Part shown: positions 27,481-37,354 of the stretch, piece by piece
Layout of the letters: each line of letters opens with the position of its first letter
Position numbering within the stretch: the stretch's first letter is position 1
Source of the DNA: Ignavibacteria bacterium
Lineage (GTDB): Bacteria; Bacteroidota; Ignavibacteria; Kapaibacteriales; UBA2268
Length of the DNA stretch: 64,000 bases
NCBI GenBank assembly: GCA_016844745.1
Contig: JAERMQ010000013.1
Coordinates: 72,530 to 136,529, forward strand
Reading direction: 5' to 3'
Notes under the pieces: model-generated
Database searches by the model: none
Seen by the model: only the letters and a program-made list of their open reading frames with translations
Told to the model about the DNA's origin: nothing
Made by a program: the position numbers and the translations under genes

Positions 27481-29550
27481 TTACTTATTTTTTTCCGCAA
27501 ATTCCTTAAGAACTTTCTGTTGCAATTCGCTGTTTAAGGGAACATAGTTAAAGAATTCCATCGAGTAATTTGCGCGTCCACTCGATAAACTACGGAGGGA
27601 AGTTGCATACCCGAACATTTCCTTCAATGGAACAAATCCGTTCAATTTCTGAGCGCCTTTACGAAAACGTCTCATCGATTCAATTCGTCCTCTGCGACGA
27701 TTTAAATCGCCTGATACAGCGCCAATAAAATCATCGGGCGTGTTAATTTCAATTTTCATCAATGGCTCAAGTAATATTGGATTTGCTTTCATAAATGCAT
27801 TCTTAAAGCAAATCGATGCACAGATACGGAATGCCATATCCGATGAGTCAACCTCATGGAAGCTGCCGTCAAGAAGCACAACTTTTACATCAACTATTGG
27901 GAAATCAGCCAAAATTCCTTTTTCAATTGTTGCTTCGATACCTTTCCGCACCGATGGGATATATTCAGTTGGAATAGCGCCACCTTTGATAATATCGGTA
28001 AACTCGAATCCTTTTCCTGGATTTGGCTCAAGACGTAATATTGTATGAGCAAATTGTCCCTTACCACCGGATTGTTTAACGTACCGGTAATCTGATTCCA
28101 TTGGTCGAGTTACAGTTTCACGGTATGCAATAGATGGTTCACCAATATTTGCATTTACTCCGAATTCAGTCTTCAATCTATCGATTAATATTTCTAAATG
28201 TAGTTCACCCATACCCGAAATAATAGTTTCTTCAGTTTCATCATTAAACCTGATTTTAAATGAAGGGTCTTCATTTGCTAATTTCCTGAGGGATTCACCA
28301 AGTTTTCTTTCTTCGGCTTTACTCGGAGGAGTAACTTTCAAATCAATTACTGCCGGTGGTATAAAAATATTTTCAAGAAGAAGCGGATATGCCGGGTCGC
28401 AAATTGAATCGCCGGTTTTAGTATTCTTTATTCCGATTAAAGCAACAATATCGCCGGCGCCTGCTGTTTCCAATTCTTCCCTGTCTTTCGCATGAATTCG
28501 CAAAATACGCCCAACTCTTTCATAGGTTTTCTTAGTTGAATTGAAAATCTGCATTCCGCTTTTCACCTGACCTGAATATATACGAACAAAAGTTTGCTGT
28601 CCGACAAACGGGTCATTTATAATCTTGAATGCAAGAGCGCAGAAATGCTCGGAAAGAGAAGGTTTGCGGCTGTGTGTCTTTTCAATATCGTCTATATCAA
28701 GACCAACAATTGCGCCAATATCTAAAGGAGATGGAAGAAAATCGACAACTGCATCGAGCAGGTTCTGGATACCTTTATTCTTATATGCTGAACCGCAAAA
28801 CACGGGTGTAATCAACATTTTCAAAGATGCAGCACGTGTTTCCCTCTTTAATAATTCAGTGGAAGCTTCCTTTCCTTCTATGTATAGTTCCATTATTTCA
28901 TCGCTGAAATCGGCAAGCTTTTCGGTCAGAAAATGGCGGGCGTGATTTGCTTTTTCAATATAACTTTCAGGTATATCAGATTCAATTACTTCGGCATCTT
29001 CATAAGTGAATGCTTTCATTTTAAGAACATCAATTACACCAATAAAGGAATCTTCCGCACCCATTGGAATATGTATTGGAACAGGGTTTGCATCCAAATA
29101 CTTATCCATTGAATCGACTGCTTCTTCGAAATCAGCGCCGGTTCTGTCCATTTTATTAATGAATGCGATTCTCGGTACTTTATATCTATCGGCTTGGTTC
29201 CATACTGTTTCACTTTGCGGCTGGACGCCTGCAACGCCGCAGAAGACAGCTATCATACCGTCGATTACCCGAAGTGAGCGCTCAACTTCGACAGTAAAAT
29301 CAACATGACCGGGAGTATCGATTATATTTACGGTTTTATCCTTCCATGTACAGGAAATTGCTGCCGATGCAATTGTAATGCCACGCTCCTGTTCCTGTTT
29401 CATAAAATCCATCGTAGCCTGACCATCATGCACTTCACCCATTTTGCGGGTAGTACCGGTGAAGAACAACATTCTTTCAGTGACGGTTGTTTTTCCGGCA
29501 TCGATATGGGCAGCTATACCTATATTTCGTAACTTAGTTAATCCCATTTT
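27481..29550 (-). CDS. fusA: Elongation factor G paralogue (stand-alone, not in a str operon context)
   Basis: [23 protein letters not shown]1 motif, [12 protein letters not shown], and EF-G domains II-V throughout. Start set to [11 protein letters not shown] (29550). Confidence 0.85.
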   Translation of the reverse strand, partial: KMGLTKLRNIGIAAHIDAGKTTVTERMLFFTGTTRKMGEVHDGQATMDFMKQEQERGITIASAAISCTWKDKTVNIIDTPGHVDFTVEVERSLRVIDGMIAVFCGVAGVQPQSETVWNQADRYKVPRIAFINKMDRTGADFEEAVDSMDKYLDANPVPIHIPMGAEDSFIGVIDVLKMKAFTYEDAEVIESDIPESYIEKANHARHFLTEKLADFSDEIMELYIEGKEASTELLKRETRAASLKMLITPVFCGSAYKNKGIQNLLDAVVDFLPSPLDIGAIVGLDIDDIEKTHSRKPSLSEHFCALAFKIINDPFVGQQTFVRIYSGQVKSGMQIFNSTKKTYERVGRILRIHAKDREELETAGAGDIVALIGIKNTKTGDSICDPAYPLLLENIFIPPAVIDLKVTPPSKAEERKLGESLRKLANEDPSFKIRFNDETEETIISGMGELHLEILIDRLKTEFGVNANIGEPSIAYRETVTRPMESDYRYVKQSGGKGQFAHTILRLEPNPGKGFEFTDIIKGGAIPTEYIPSVRKGIEATIEKGILADFPIVDVKVVLLDGSFHEVDSSDMAFRICASICFKNAFMKANPILLEPLMKIEINTPDDFIGAVSGDLNRRRGRIESMRRFRKGAQKLNGFVPLKEMFGYATSLRSLSSGRANYSMEFFNYVPLNSELQQKVLKEFAEKNK

Positions 29551-29649
29551 AATTTCCTGTTTGATAAAAACATATATAGACAAATTGATTTATGATTTAT
29601 TTTAAATTATTTTTATTTTTCTTTAAAATAATCCTTTATTTATTATATT

Positions 29650-29775
29650 TTTCTTTTACTTTGTGCCCTTTGTGCTAACCCTTTGAGTCCTTTGTGGTAA
29701 AAATAACATCAAAATAAAGGATGAAAATTTTAACACAAAGAACACTAAGGAAATGCACAAAGGGCACAAAGTATG
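29650..29775. repeat. ~125-bp inverted-repeat element (arms actttgtgccctttgtgc...aaaaat / attttaacacaaag...gcacaaagggcacaaagt)
   Basis: Terminal inverted repeats of ~17 bp plus internal complementary segments. A related fragment (cctttgcgccctttgtgttaaaat) lies at 21795-21830. MITE-like. Confidence 0.6.
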
Positions 29776-29872
29776 AAATTCAGAGTTATTTATTATTTGG
29801 AAAAACAAAAAAATAATATCTTATTTCTTTAATCGTTTTATAATCTTTTATTAATCAATTTTTAGAATCATT

Positions 29873-30538
29873 TTGAAACTTTTATCAATTGAAACATCCG
29901 GCTCTGTATGTGCAATAGCATTATCGGAGAACGAATCGATATTAGCTACATATAGCGTTAATGGTCATAATATGCATGACCGCTTATTAGCAGAATTGAC
30001 AAAGCGAATCTTAGCTGACAACAAATTATCTTTCGACGACATTGATGCAATTGCCGTATCTTCAGGTCCAGGTTCATTTACTGGTTTACGTATCGGCGCA
30101 GCATTTGCAAAAGGGATATGCTTTTCCGAAACACCTAAACTAATTTCCGTTCCAACGCTTTCTGCTTTTGCTTATGCCGCTAAAGAATTTTCGGCTTTAT
30201 TAGGAAATTACCAAATTTGTGTTGTCGTTCCATCGCATAAAGACTTAGTCTATTACCAATTCTTTAATATTAATGCCGAAGCACTTTCTGAAATATTTCA
30301 GGGTACAATCGAAGAACTTTTGAAAGCCTCAACCGGACAAACATTCTATTGCGGTCCAGGAGCACACAACCTACCTTATGGAATGAAGAACTACCCATAT
30401 TGGCTCTTAAATGCTGAGTTTATAGCACACTTGGGATATATGTATTATCTTGAAGGGCACTTCGTTACGGCTGCCGAATTTGTTCCTTTATATATCCAGG
30501 AATTTGTTCCGAAGTATGAAGTAGGGGAATTCAAATAA
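29873..30538 (+). CDS. tsaB: tRNA threonylcarbamoyladenosine biosynthesis protein TsaB (YeaZ)
   Basis: MKLLSIETSGSVCAIAL...IDAIAVSSGPGSFTGLRIGAAFAKG is the hallmark of the inactive Kae1 homologue TsaB. TTG start. Confidence 0.8.
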   Translation: MKLLSIETSGSVCAIALSENESILATYSVNGHNMHDRLLAELTKRILADNKLSFDDIDAIAVSSGPGSFTGLRIGAAFAKGICFSETPKLISVPTLSAFAYAAKEFSALLGNYQICVVVPSHKDLVYYQFFNINAEALSEIFQGTIEELLKASTGQTFYCGPGAHNLPYGMKNYPYWLLNAEFIAHLGYMYYLEGHFVTAAEFVPLYIQEFVPKYEVGEFK

Positions 30539-30613
30539 ATTTGGAGTTATCTATTTTTTCATTACAATTAAAAGAAGTAATTTTGAGTTTTTTTACTATT
30601 CGTAAGGTTCGAA

Positions 30614-31909
30614 ATGATAGCTCGTTATACACGCCCGGAAATGGGGACTATATGGTCGGAAGAAAATAAATATTCAATCTGGCTGGAAATTGAAATATTA
30701 GCCTGCGAAGCCCATGCAAACTTAGGACTAATGCCGCAAGAGGATGCGAAAATTATTCGCGAAAAAGCCCGTGTGGATGTCCGGCGAATTGAAGAAATCG
30801 AAGAAACTACGAAGCATGATGTAATTGCGTTCCTAACAAATGTCGAGGAATATGTTGGTGAACCCTCCCGGTATATACATCTCGGCATGACTTCGAGCGA
30901 TGTTTTAGATACTTGCTTTTCAGTGCAGTGCAAACAGGCTGGCGAGCTTATCCTAAAAGACATGGAAGAATTGAGTTCCGTACTTGCCAGCAGGGCTAAA
31001 GAATTCAAATATACAATACAAATCGGGCGTTCGCACGGTATGCACGCTGAGCCGGTCACATTCGGACTGAAATTAGCTCTTTGGTTGGATGAATGTGTAA
31101 GGAACATTGCACGCATGAAAGCCGCAGTAGCGGAAATCTCAGTTGGGAAAATTAATGGAGCAGTCGGCACTTTCGAGCATTTATCTACAGAAGTTGAGAA
31201 GCATGTTTGCGAGAAACTTGGTTTGCAGCCTGCTGCAATCACAACCCAAGTAATCAGCCGTGACCGTTATGCTAATTTCATGTCCGCAATTGCGCTTGTA
31301 GGTTCGCTTATCGAGAAAATTGGTACTGAAATACGCCATCTTCAGCGAACCGAAGTGCGCGAAGCAGAAGAATTTTTCTCGAAAGGGCAGAAGGGGAGTT
31401 CTGCTATGCCGCATAAGCGAAATCCTATTTCCTCGGAGAATATCTGCGGTCAGGCGAGGCTTCTGCGCTCGAATTTAATTGCTGCAATCGAGAATAATGC
31501 GTTATGGCACGAGCGTGATATATCCCATAGCAGCGTGGAGCGCGTGATTTTCCCGGATTCCACAATTTCCTTGGATTATATTTTGCAGCGTACGATTAGA
31601 CTTATCGATAAATTAGTTGTTTATCCGGAACGCATGAAAGAGAATTTGGAATCTTCCAAAGGATTGATATTCTCTCAGAAGGTACTGTTGGAGCTTGCTA
31701 AGAAAGGCATTAAACGTCAATTAGCTTATGAATTGGTGCAGGCATCGGCTATGCGAACAATCAATGAAGGCAATGGCTTTTTGCAGAGCTTGCTTGATAA
31801 TGCAGAATTGATGCAGCATTTCAAGGAAGATGAGGTTCGTATTTTATTCAATTACGACCAGTTATTCAAAAATGTTGACTTCATTTTTGATAGGTGCGGA
31901 ATTAAATAA
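30614..31909 (+). CDS. purB: Adenylosuccinate lyase
   Basis: Fumarate-lyase superfamily signature GSSAMPHKRNP and full-length similarity in pattern to PurB (431 aa). Confidence 0.85.
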   Translation: MIARYTRPEMGTIWSEENKYSIWLEIEILACEAHANLGLMPQEDAKIIREKARVDVRRIEEIEETTKHDVIAFLTNVEEYVGEPSRYIHLGMTSSDVLDTCFSVQCKQAGELILKDMEELSSVLASRAKEFKYTIQIGRSHGMHAEPVTFGLKLALWLDECVRNIARMKAAVAEISVGKINGAVGTFEHLSTEVEKHVCEKLGLQPAAITTQVISRDRYANFMSAIALVGSLIEKIGTEIRHLQRTEVREAEEFFSKGQKGSSAMPHKRNPISSENICGQARLLRSNLIAAIENNALWHERDISHSSVERVIFPDSTISLDYILQRTIRLIDKLVVYPERMKENLESSKGLIFSQKVLLELAKKGIKRQLAYELVQASAMRTINEGNGFLQSLLDNAELMQHFKEDEVRILFNYDQLFKNVDFIFDRCGIK

Positions 31910-31910
31910 T

Positions 31911-31962
31911 GGTCAATGGTTAATTGTTAATTGTTAATTGATAATTGTTAATGGAGTCTTAT
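31911..31962. repeat. Heptamer microsatellite (ttaattg/ttaatgg units), reverse-complement of the array at 41340-41432
   Basis: aatggtcaatggttaattgttaattgttaattgataattgttaatgg. Confidence 0.7.
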
Positions 31963-32025
31963 CTATCTCAAATTCCGATTTGGGAGAGCAGGTAAAGTAA
32001 CATAGATGAAGTGTTATCTCCTTAC

Positions 32026-32520
32026 TTATTCATTATCTATAGAAGAATTCTTGCGAAGATAAATTAGCAGTTTATACCTAAATATTATTATATAAATCAC
32101 AAAAGGCAGGTAGATATTGAATAATAGGAAATATAATATACCAATTCCATAAATAAAAAGAAAAGAAAAAATCACCATTCCGCAATAAATGTAAAGTGTC
32201 AGAAGCAGGGACTGTATTCGGATGGAGCTAATCTCTACCAATGAGGCTTCGTTGTTTTGCTCGACTTTTTCTTTGGAAAGAGCAATAAAAAACAAACCTG
32301 CAAATGAGAAGATTCCGGCTAATTCTTCAGTGATATTATTATCAATTATAGCAAAAAATTTAGTCTCGAAATACTTCGAATACACTGCGAATACATGGAT
32401 ATCGAGTATTTTCAGTTTATAATCGAAAAAAAGCCTTATAACAGCTAAAATTATCCCGGGAATCAATAAGCAATAACCAACTATTTTCCATTTGTATGAG
32501 AGCAAATCAAGTTTAGGCAT
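32026..32520 (-). CDS. Hypothetical integral membrane protein
   Basis: 164 aa with ~4 hydrophobic helices. No motifs recognised. Confidence 0.35.
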   Translation of the reverse strand: MPKLDLLSYKWKIVGYCLLIPGIILAVIRLFFDYKLKILDIHVFAVYSKYFETKFFAIIDNNITEELAGIFSFAGLFFIALSKEKVEQNNEASLVEISSIRIQSLLLTLYIYCGMVIFSFLFIYGIGILYFLLFNIYLPFVIYIIIFRYKLLIYLRKNSSIDNE

Positions 32521-32549
32521 GATTGGATTTGTTTACATTTTTAAATATA

Positions 32550-32580
32550 GATGTCCTACATCTGCCAGATTTAGGACATC
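32550..32580. repeat. REP-like palindrome, family B (gatgtcctacatctgccagatttaggacatc)
   Basis: 31-bp near-perfect palindrome. Copies at 12157-12187 (perfect) and 22070-22100 (variant gatgtccaacatcttccagatgttggacatc). Confidence 0.8.
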
Positions 32581-32589
32581 TCCAGTCAA

Positions 32590-33258
32590 TTAATTTTTCG
32601 AAAATATATACATACTACCGTTCGAGCCGTCCTCCATTACTAACTGAACGAATACCAATCCATATTTATGGTTGGTTTTGTAAATCACTTTTTTCACTCC
32701 CGGCAGGCTCGTATTGCGCTCGGTAGTTATTGTTTTGAGTAATAACATACCATAAGGAAATTCATCGGTTGAAGACTTGGCTGTGATTTCCCTTGTGATT
32801 GTTTTACCGTCGGAGCGCGTCAATACATACTTATCACCGACACTACAATTATATTTAGCAATGGTATGCGGTTTGTCGTCGGGATTAAGGAAATCCTGAA
32901 TGCCTTCCGAAGTGACTTTGAATTTAATGTCGGAATTGATATTCCCTGCACTATCCTTATACTTTGCAGGGAAGAGGTCGATGATATCTTTCAAATCGGT
33001 ACTAAGTTTTGCAGTATTGACAATGGCTTTAACTGTTACTATACCATTATCATTATTGGTTACCTTTAACGAACCGTCAAAATTAACAGCCCGACCTGCA
33101 ACTGTTATTGACGGAGTAAAAACATTACCTACTTTGGCAAGCGCTACATCGGTACTTCCACCCAAAGTGTTTGGGTCTTCATTCGAGGAATCAACACTAC
33201 ATGAAGCTACAAAAATTATGGAAAAAATAACGAGGAAGAAGTTGTAAATTGCTTTCAT
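32590..33258 (-). CDS. Hypothetical lipoprotein
   Basis: Signal peptide with lipobox (IFVASCS). No other motifs. Start set at MKAIYNFF. Confidence 0.4.
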   Translation of the reverse strand: MKAIYNFFLVIFSIIFVASCSVDSSNEDPNTLGGSTDVALAKVGNVFTPSITVAGRAVNFDGSLKVTNNDNGIVTVKAIVNTAKLSTDLKDIIDLFPAKYKDSAGNINSDIKFKVTSEGIQDFLNPDDKPHTIAKYNCSVGDKYVLTRSDGKTITREITAKSSTDEFPYGMLLLKTITTERNTSLPGVKKVIYKTNHKYGLVFVQLVMEDGSNGSMYIFSKN

Positions 33259-33360
33259 TTGCGCTCTCTCCAAAGTGAACAAATTTGTTAATTGACAATT
33301 ACAACTTAGTTATTTTTAAGATGAAAAACAAGAAAAAGTGGATTGTAAATTTATTTTAAA

Positions 33361-33425
33361 AGGACAGACAGGGATGTCTGTCCTACCATATTAAAAAAAG
33401 TAGAATAGACATCCTTGTCTGTTCA
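33361..33425. repeat. Two CAGAC-core palindromes (aggacagacagggatgtctgtcct; gaatagacatccttgtctgttc), probable terminator hairpins
   Basis: Located at the 3' end of the DUF4337 gene and followed by A/T-rich sequence. The core resembles the RAYT-associated REP (acagacg...cgtctgt). Confidence 0.55.
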
Positions 33426-33974
33426 TCAAAAAAAGATAAAAAAGCCGTTAAAGAAATATAAAATACCGAATGCACCTAATGCCAGGCTTATATACCAAAC
33501 GAATTTCTTTTTCGTTAATGCTGAAATTGATGATAGTAAAATGGAAACCTGAAGGTATATAACGGCTATTCCAAATACTTCCGAGTGAATTTTAGCATCT
33601 TCGGAAATCTGCTCGAAAGCCCGTGCATCTTTTTTAATTTGTTCTTTTTCTTCATCGTATTTTTTTATTTTCTTCGAGTAGGCTTCTATTTTCTTTTCAT
33701 AATCTGTGATTTGTACAGTATTTTTAGAAGTATGTTGGATATCCTGAAGCTCCATTTCGAGCTTATCTTTTTGCATTTCGAAGATATACCCTTTGACACT
33801 TTTGGATTGATAGAAAGCCCATTGGTCTGAGGCTTTTGTTTGGTTCATTAGAGCCCGTGTAGAATATCCTCCTCCTTTGAAAGTAGAGAGAGTAGCGCAT
33901 ACGGCAATCAGGACGGTTGTGATTGCCAAAAATGTAGTCCAGGTTTCTTTTTTTTCGGTTGTTGGTTCGGTCAT
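33426..33974 (-). CDS. DUF4337-family membrane protein (N- and C-terminal TM helices flanking a coiled coil)
   Basis: ASDQWAFYQSK motif and overall architecture typical of DUF4337. Confidence 0.5.
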   Translation of the reverse strand: MTEPTTEKKETWTTFLAITTVLIAVCATLSTFKGGGYSTRALMNQTKASDQWAFYQSKSVKGYIFEMQKDKLEMELQDIQHTSKNTVQITDYEKKIEAYSKKIKKYDEEKEQIKKDARAFEQISEDAKIHSEVFGIAVIYLQVSILLSSISALTKKKFVWYISLALGAFGILYFFNGFFIFF

Positions 33975-33983
33975 TTGTGATTC

Positions 33984-34709
33984 CTATGTTTTGATTTGAG
34001 GGGGTATCCATTTAATAAAATCTTCTCGTTTTGGTGGGTTTTTCATCCATGAAGTATCAGGTATTGGATAAGAGAAGCATTCATTAACAGTTTTTATGTC
34101 TTCCATAATCACAAATTGAATCTTACCGTTTTTACTTGTCCATTTAATTCTTTTGGTTTCTATGATTTTTTTAATTAATAATAATGGCTGCCTAACATCT
34201 TCTTTTAAATATTCCAAAACAGCATCATATTCCCCTTTTGCCCAAAATGATGGTGCTTTAGCGCCATCCATATTATAAATAACAGTGCCGTTTTTTAAAG
34301 TAACTTCCTTTTTCTTCCCTTTTAGCTTACTGCCTTCTAAAGCTGTCTGTAAGCTAAGATAATAACCCACTTGAAATGTGACCCAAAGCATCATATCAAA
34401 ATGATTTAAAGCAAGTTGTCCACAAATATCATAGAGTCCTGATTCTTGGGCAAGAACATGAAAATCAAACGATGTTCCGTTCCATGTCACTATTTTATAT
34501 CCTCCATTGTGAAATTCTAGGAGCATATTAACTAAATCAACGGTTTCATCTTTTGATAATTGGGGAATCCCTTTCCAGATTTTTATTTCATCATTATCAC
34601 TAAAAGCAAGAGCAGCACAAGTGATTCCAAGAGGGGAATACTTTTCCCAAGAGCCGAAATTATTTGGAAATTCTTTTGCAATTTCCAAATCAAAGCAAGC
34701 AAATTTCAT
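33984..34709 (-). CDS. DEDDy-type 3'-5' exonuclease (PolB-exonuclease-like / DnaQ superfamily)
   Basis: Exo I (MKFACFDLE), Exo II (WNGTSFDFHVL) and Exo III (YLKEDV, Y-x3-D) motifs in the correct order and spacing. Confidence 0.55.
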   Translation of the reverse strand: MKFACFDLEIAKEFPNNFGSWEKYSPLGITCAALAFSDNDEIKIWKGIPQLSKDETVDLVNMLLEFHNGGYKIVTWNGTSFDFHVLAQESGLYDICGQLALNHFDMMLWVTFQVGYYLSLQTALEGSKLKGKKKEVTLKNGTVIYNMDGAKAPSFWAKGEYDAVLEYLKEDVRQPLLLIKKIIETKRIKWTSKNGKIQFVIMEDIKTVNECFSYPIPDTSWMKNPPKREDFIKWIPPQIKT

Positions 34710-34933
34710 AAATCACCTATAATAGACATTTTTTTTTTACTATTGATACTGAATTATAAAGGCAATTGAAAAACTAAGAAATAACCGTTAAAATGATTTT
34801 GACTTTGAACATTTCAAAATCCCTTTGTTCTTTTTTCGAAAAGACAGCATTAAACTTATCAAGAATATTTTCTTCATCATCACCTTTGTATGGACTAACG
34901 ATTTGAAAAAATGATAGATTGAATACATATTTT

Positions 34934-35812
34934 TTATACTTCGAATAAACTAACTTCTTGTTCTTTTTTATAGCTTTTTATAATAGCCTGGTTATCAATA
35001 TCCCATATCCTTTTCAAATTATCAGTGTGAATGTAATCGTTATAGTACTTTTCGATAATATCGGATTTACGTATAGTATTAAGTCTATCGTGAATTGTCA
35101 TTACATTTTCCGGGTCTATTTCAATACCGATATAATTTCTTTGTAATTGTTTTGCAACTACCAAAGTTGTTCCGGTTCCTGCAAATGGGTCAAGGATTGT
35201 TTCATAAGGATTTGAGGAAGATAATATCACTCTTAATAATAATGATATCGGAGATTGTTGTTTATGAAATCTATCTCCATTTTCAGTACGAATGGCTTCA
35301 TCCCCAGCGTAATAACCGGATGTCAACTCGCGTATATCATCCCAAACATCAGTTACGAAAACACCGTTTTCATAAGCGTTTTTATAATTAGGTGGCAAGG
35401 GCGGAGAGATTCTTAATTTATTAAATATCCTTGCCTTTTCTCCTTTACAAGCAAAAGCAATTATTTGATAATGTTTGCCAAATTTATTTGAATTGGGGAC
35501 TGCAGAGGTTTTTTTCTTCCAAATAATCAAATTTTGCAATGACCATCCGGTTGTTCTCAAACAATTCAGTACATTCTCAGTATTTTTATCCCTTTGCATA
35601 AAATAAATCGCACCTCCGCTTGAAGTAATATTAAATATTTTAGAACAGACTTCCTTCATCATACTCCAATACTCTAAATCAGAAAGGTTATCATTATGAA
35701 ATCTATAATCCTTGTTTTGATTGAAGGGAGGGTCAAGAAATGTTAAATCAATTTTATCTTCGATTGAAGGTAAAATTTCCAAACAATTGCCATTATATAT
35801 TTTATTTTCCAA
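34934..35812 (-). CDS. DNA methyltransferase, beta-class amino-MTase (N6-adenine or N4-cytosine). No adjacent restriction endonuclease recognised.
   Basis: Motif IV DPPF (IDLTFLDPPFNQ) precedes motif I (ILDPFAGTGTT), the circularly permuted order defining beta-class MTases. Confidence 0.7.
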   Translation of the reverse strand: MENKIYNGNCLEILPSIEDKIDLTFLDPPFNQNKDYRFHNDNLSDLEYWSMMKEVCSKIFNITSSGGAIYFMQRDKNTENVLNCLRTTGWSLQNLIIWKKKTSAVPNSNKFGKHYQIIAFACKGEKARIFNKLRISPPLPPNYKNAYENGVFVTDVWDDIRELTSGYYAGDEAIRTENGDRFHKQQSPISLLLRVILSSSNPYETILDPFAGTGTTLVVAKQLQRNYIGIEIDPENVMTIHDRLNTIRKSDIIEKYYNDYIHTDNLKRIWDIDNQAIIKSYKKEQEVSLFEV

Positions 35813-35864
35813 ATATATCTCTATATAAAAATTATAACCAATATCATATAAATAATTTTATTCA

Positions 35865-36611
35865 TCATTTTAACATTGAAATTGATTTTGGTAATAAATC
35901 TAACTGATTATAATCAAATAATGTTTGATTTATATAAATACTTTGATTTTGAAGCATCAAAAAATTATAAATTTTCGATAATGTTGAGTCTCCAATACCA
36001 CTTACCTTCCTTAATTCAATTATTGTAGAAATATCATTGATATCTAAAGCTTTTTGAATTTTTGAAATAACTCTCGTATCTAAATCAATTTCTTTTTTAA
36101 TATCATTGATTCTTTTTCTCAGCAAATATGCTTTGAAAGTTTCGATTAAATCATCCTTGGAAAACTTATCATATTCATAAATTTCGACGGGTATTTCGCA
36201 TTTGCTTAAATATTCGAACATGATTTCTTTAACAGTTTTAGGGTCTAATCCTCCATTCTGCGCACCTAAAAGAGGAAAAGCAATTGATTCTATTTTTTGC
36301 TCATTATAAGTATCTAAAAATTTTTGAAGACCTTTCGTTAAAAATTCTATTTTGGAAGGAAATCTCCAATGTTTTTTCGTTGGAAAATTTAAAATCCATT
36401 TTTTGTCAGTTTTATAAATCCATAATTTTCCTATTTCAATTTGTTTTGCATCACAAAATTTTACATACTTTTCGTACATATCAGGATATCTATACCTGTA
36501 TTCTAAAGCAATACCGGCTCCCATTTCACCATAACAGTTAACGGTATTAACTAAAGTCTGGTAACCCGATGTGAATAGATTCCCTTTAATGATTTTTATA
36601 TTATTTTTCAT
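35865..36611 (-). CDS. darG: Macro-domain protein, DarG-like antitoxin (ADP-ribosyl hydrolase) with C-terminal HhH-like extension
   Basis: The N-terminal IIKGNLFTSGYQTLVNTVNCYGEMGAGIALEYRYRYP matches the macro-domain ADP-ribose-binding loop (G-D/N-I...VNAAN...GGGV). Sits immediately downstream of darT in the canonical toxin-then-antitoxin order. The C-terminus contains VSGIGDSTLSKI (HhH-like). Confidence 0.6.
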   Translation of the reverse strand: MKNNIKIIKGNLFTSGYQTLVNTVNCYGEMGAGIALEYRYRYPDMYEKYVKFCDAKQIEIGKLWIYKTDKKWILNFPTKKHWRFPSKIEFLTKGLQKFLDTYNEQKIESIAFPLLGAQNGGLDPKTVKEIMFEYLSKCEIPVEIYEYDKFSKDDLIETFKAYLLRKRINDIKKEIDLDTRVISKIQKALDINDISTIIELRKVSGIGDSTLSKIYNFLMLQNQSIYINQTLFDYNQLDLLPKSISMLK

Positions 36612-36613
36612 AT

Positions 36614-37351
36614 TTAATTAAGAGTATTGAAAAAATATTTTTTATTAGTATCAATTACAACCTCAATTTTAGACGAAAAATTCATGAATTCATTTTTCAA
36701 AAATATTTCGGATATAAAATATTTTGAACTTTCATTTGGACAAATAATTTGTGTAATATATTTTATATCAATAGATGGAAATACTAAAACTTCAGCACAC
36801 CTTTTCCTTCTCGTTTCAGCTTGAATGATTTTCACTTCTTCAGATCCTAAATAAGGTTCGTTAACAGCCCAAGTTTTCTGTTTTAATATTAACTCCAAGT
36901 CAAGAAAAAATAAATTATCAATTTCTTTATAAAACCTAGTTTTATCAGCACCAGCATTACCATCCGTAAAATAAACATTAGGTTGATAAATAACTTCTGG
37001 ATTTACAAACAGGACAACTAAATCATCTTGAATATCTTTTCTTTTAAATAACATAGGATTTTTTACCTGAAAATATAAGGAAGCGCAATCATGGAGTTTG
37101 ATATTTGTATCTTTTATATATTTAAATTCTCTTCTATCCTGAATTTCTTTCATAGAAATATCTTGCTTTATTAGCCCTCGTTTGTATGCTTCATTATGTG
37201 ATAGAATGCCATATCTGAGTATATTTTCTACATTATTTTTATGAAGCAAATGTTGAAAATTATGAATATAATAGTTCTTTTTATTAAATCGAATTTTAAT
37301 ACAATTTTGATTTTGATCCGAATCATTTTTATAAAAGAAAATATCATCCAT
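36614..37351 (-). CDS. darT: DarT (DUF4433) ssDNA thymidine ADP-ribosyltransferase toxin
   Basis: N-terminal YYIHNFQHLLHKNNVENILRYGILSHN (cf. DarT YHITHIDNL..IL..G.L.HN), central FTDGNAG (cf. FTDRHAA) and C-terminal RRKRCAEVLVFP (cf. RRRMAEVLVWP with the catalytic Glu) match the DarT family. Confidence 0.7.
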   Translation of the reverse strand: MDDIFFYKNDSDQNQNCIKIRFNKKNYYIHNFQHLLHKNNVENILRYGILSHNEAYKRGLIKQDISMKEIQDRREFKYIKDTNIKLHDCASLYFQVKNPMLFKRKDIQDDLVVLFVNPEVIYQPNVYFTDGNAGADKTRFYKEIDNLFFLDLELILKQKTWAVNEPYLGSEEVKIIQAETRRKRCAEVLVFPSIDIKYITQIICPNESSKYFISEIFLKNEFMNFSSKIEVVIDTNKKYFFNTLN

Positions 37352-37354
37352 TTC

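Noticed and set aside
33984-34709. Possibility that the 241-aa protein is the restriction endonuclease partner of the adjacent methyltransferase
   Set aside because: Its motifs (FDLE ... WNGTSFDFH ... YLKED) are in the order and spacing of DEDDy 3'-5' exonucleases rather than a PD-(D/E)xK or HNH nuclease. It is kept as an exonuclease and the MTase is flagged as solitary.
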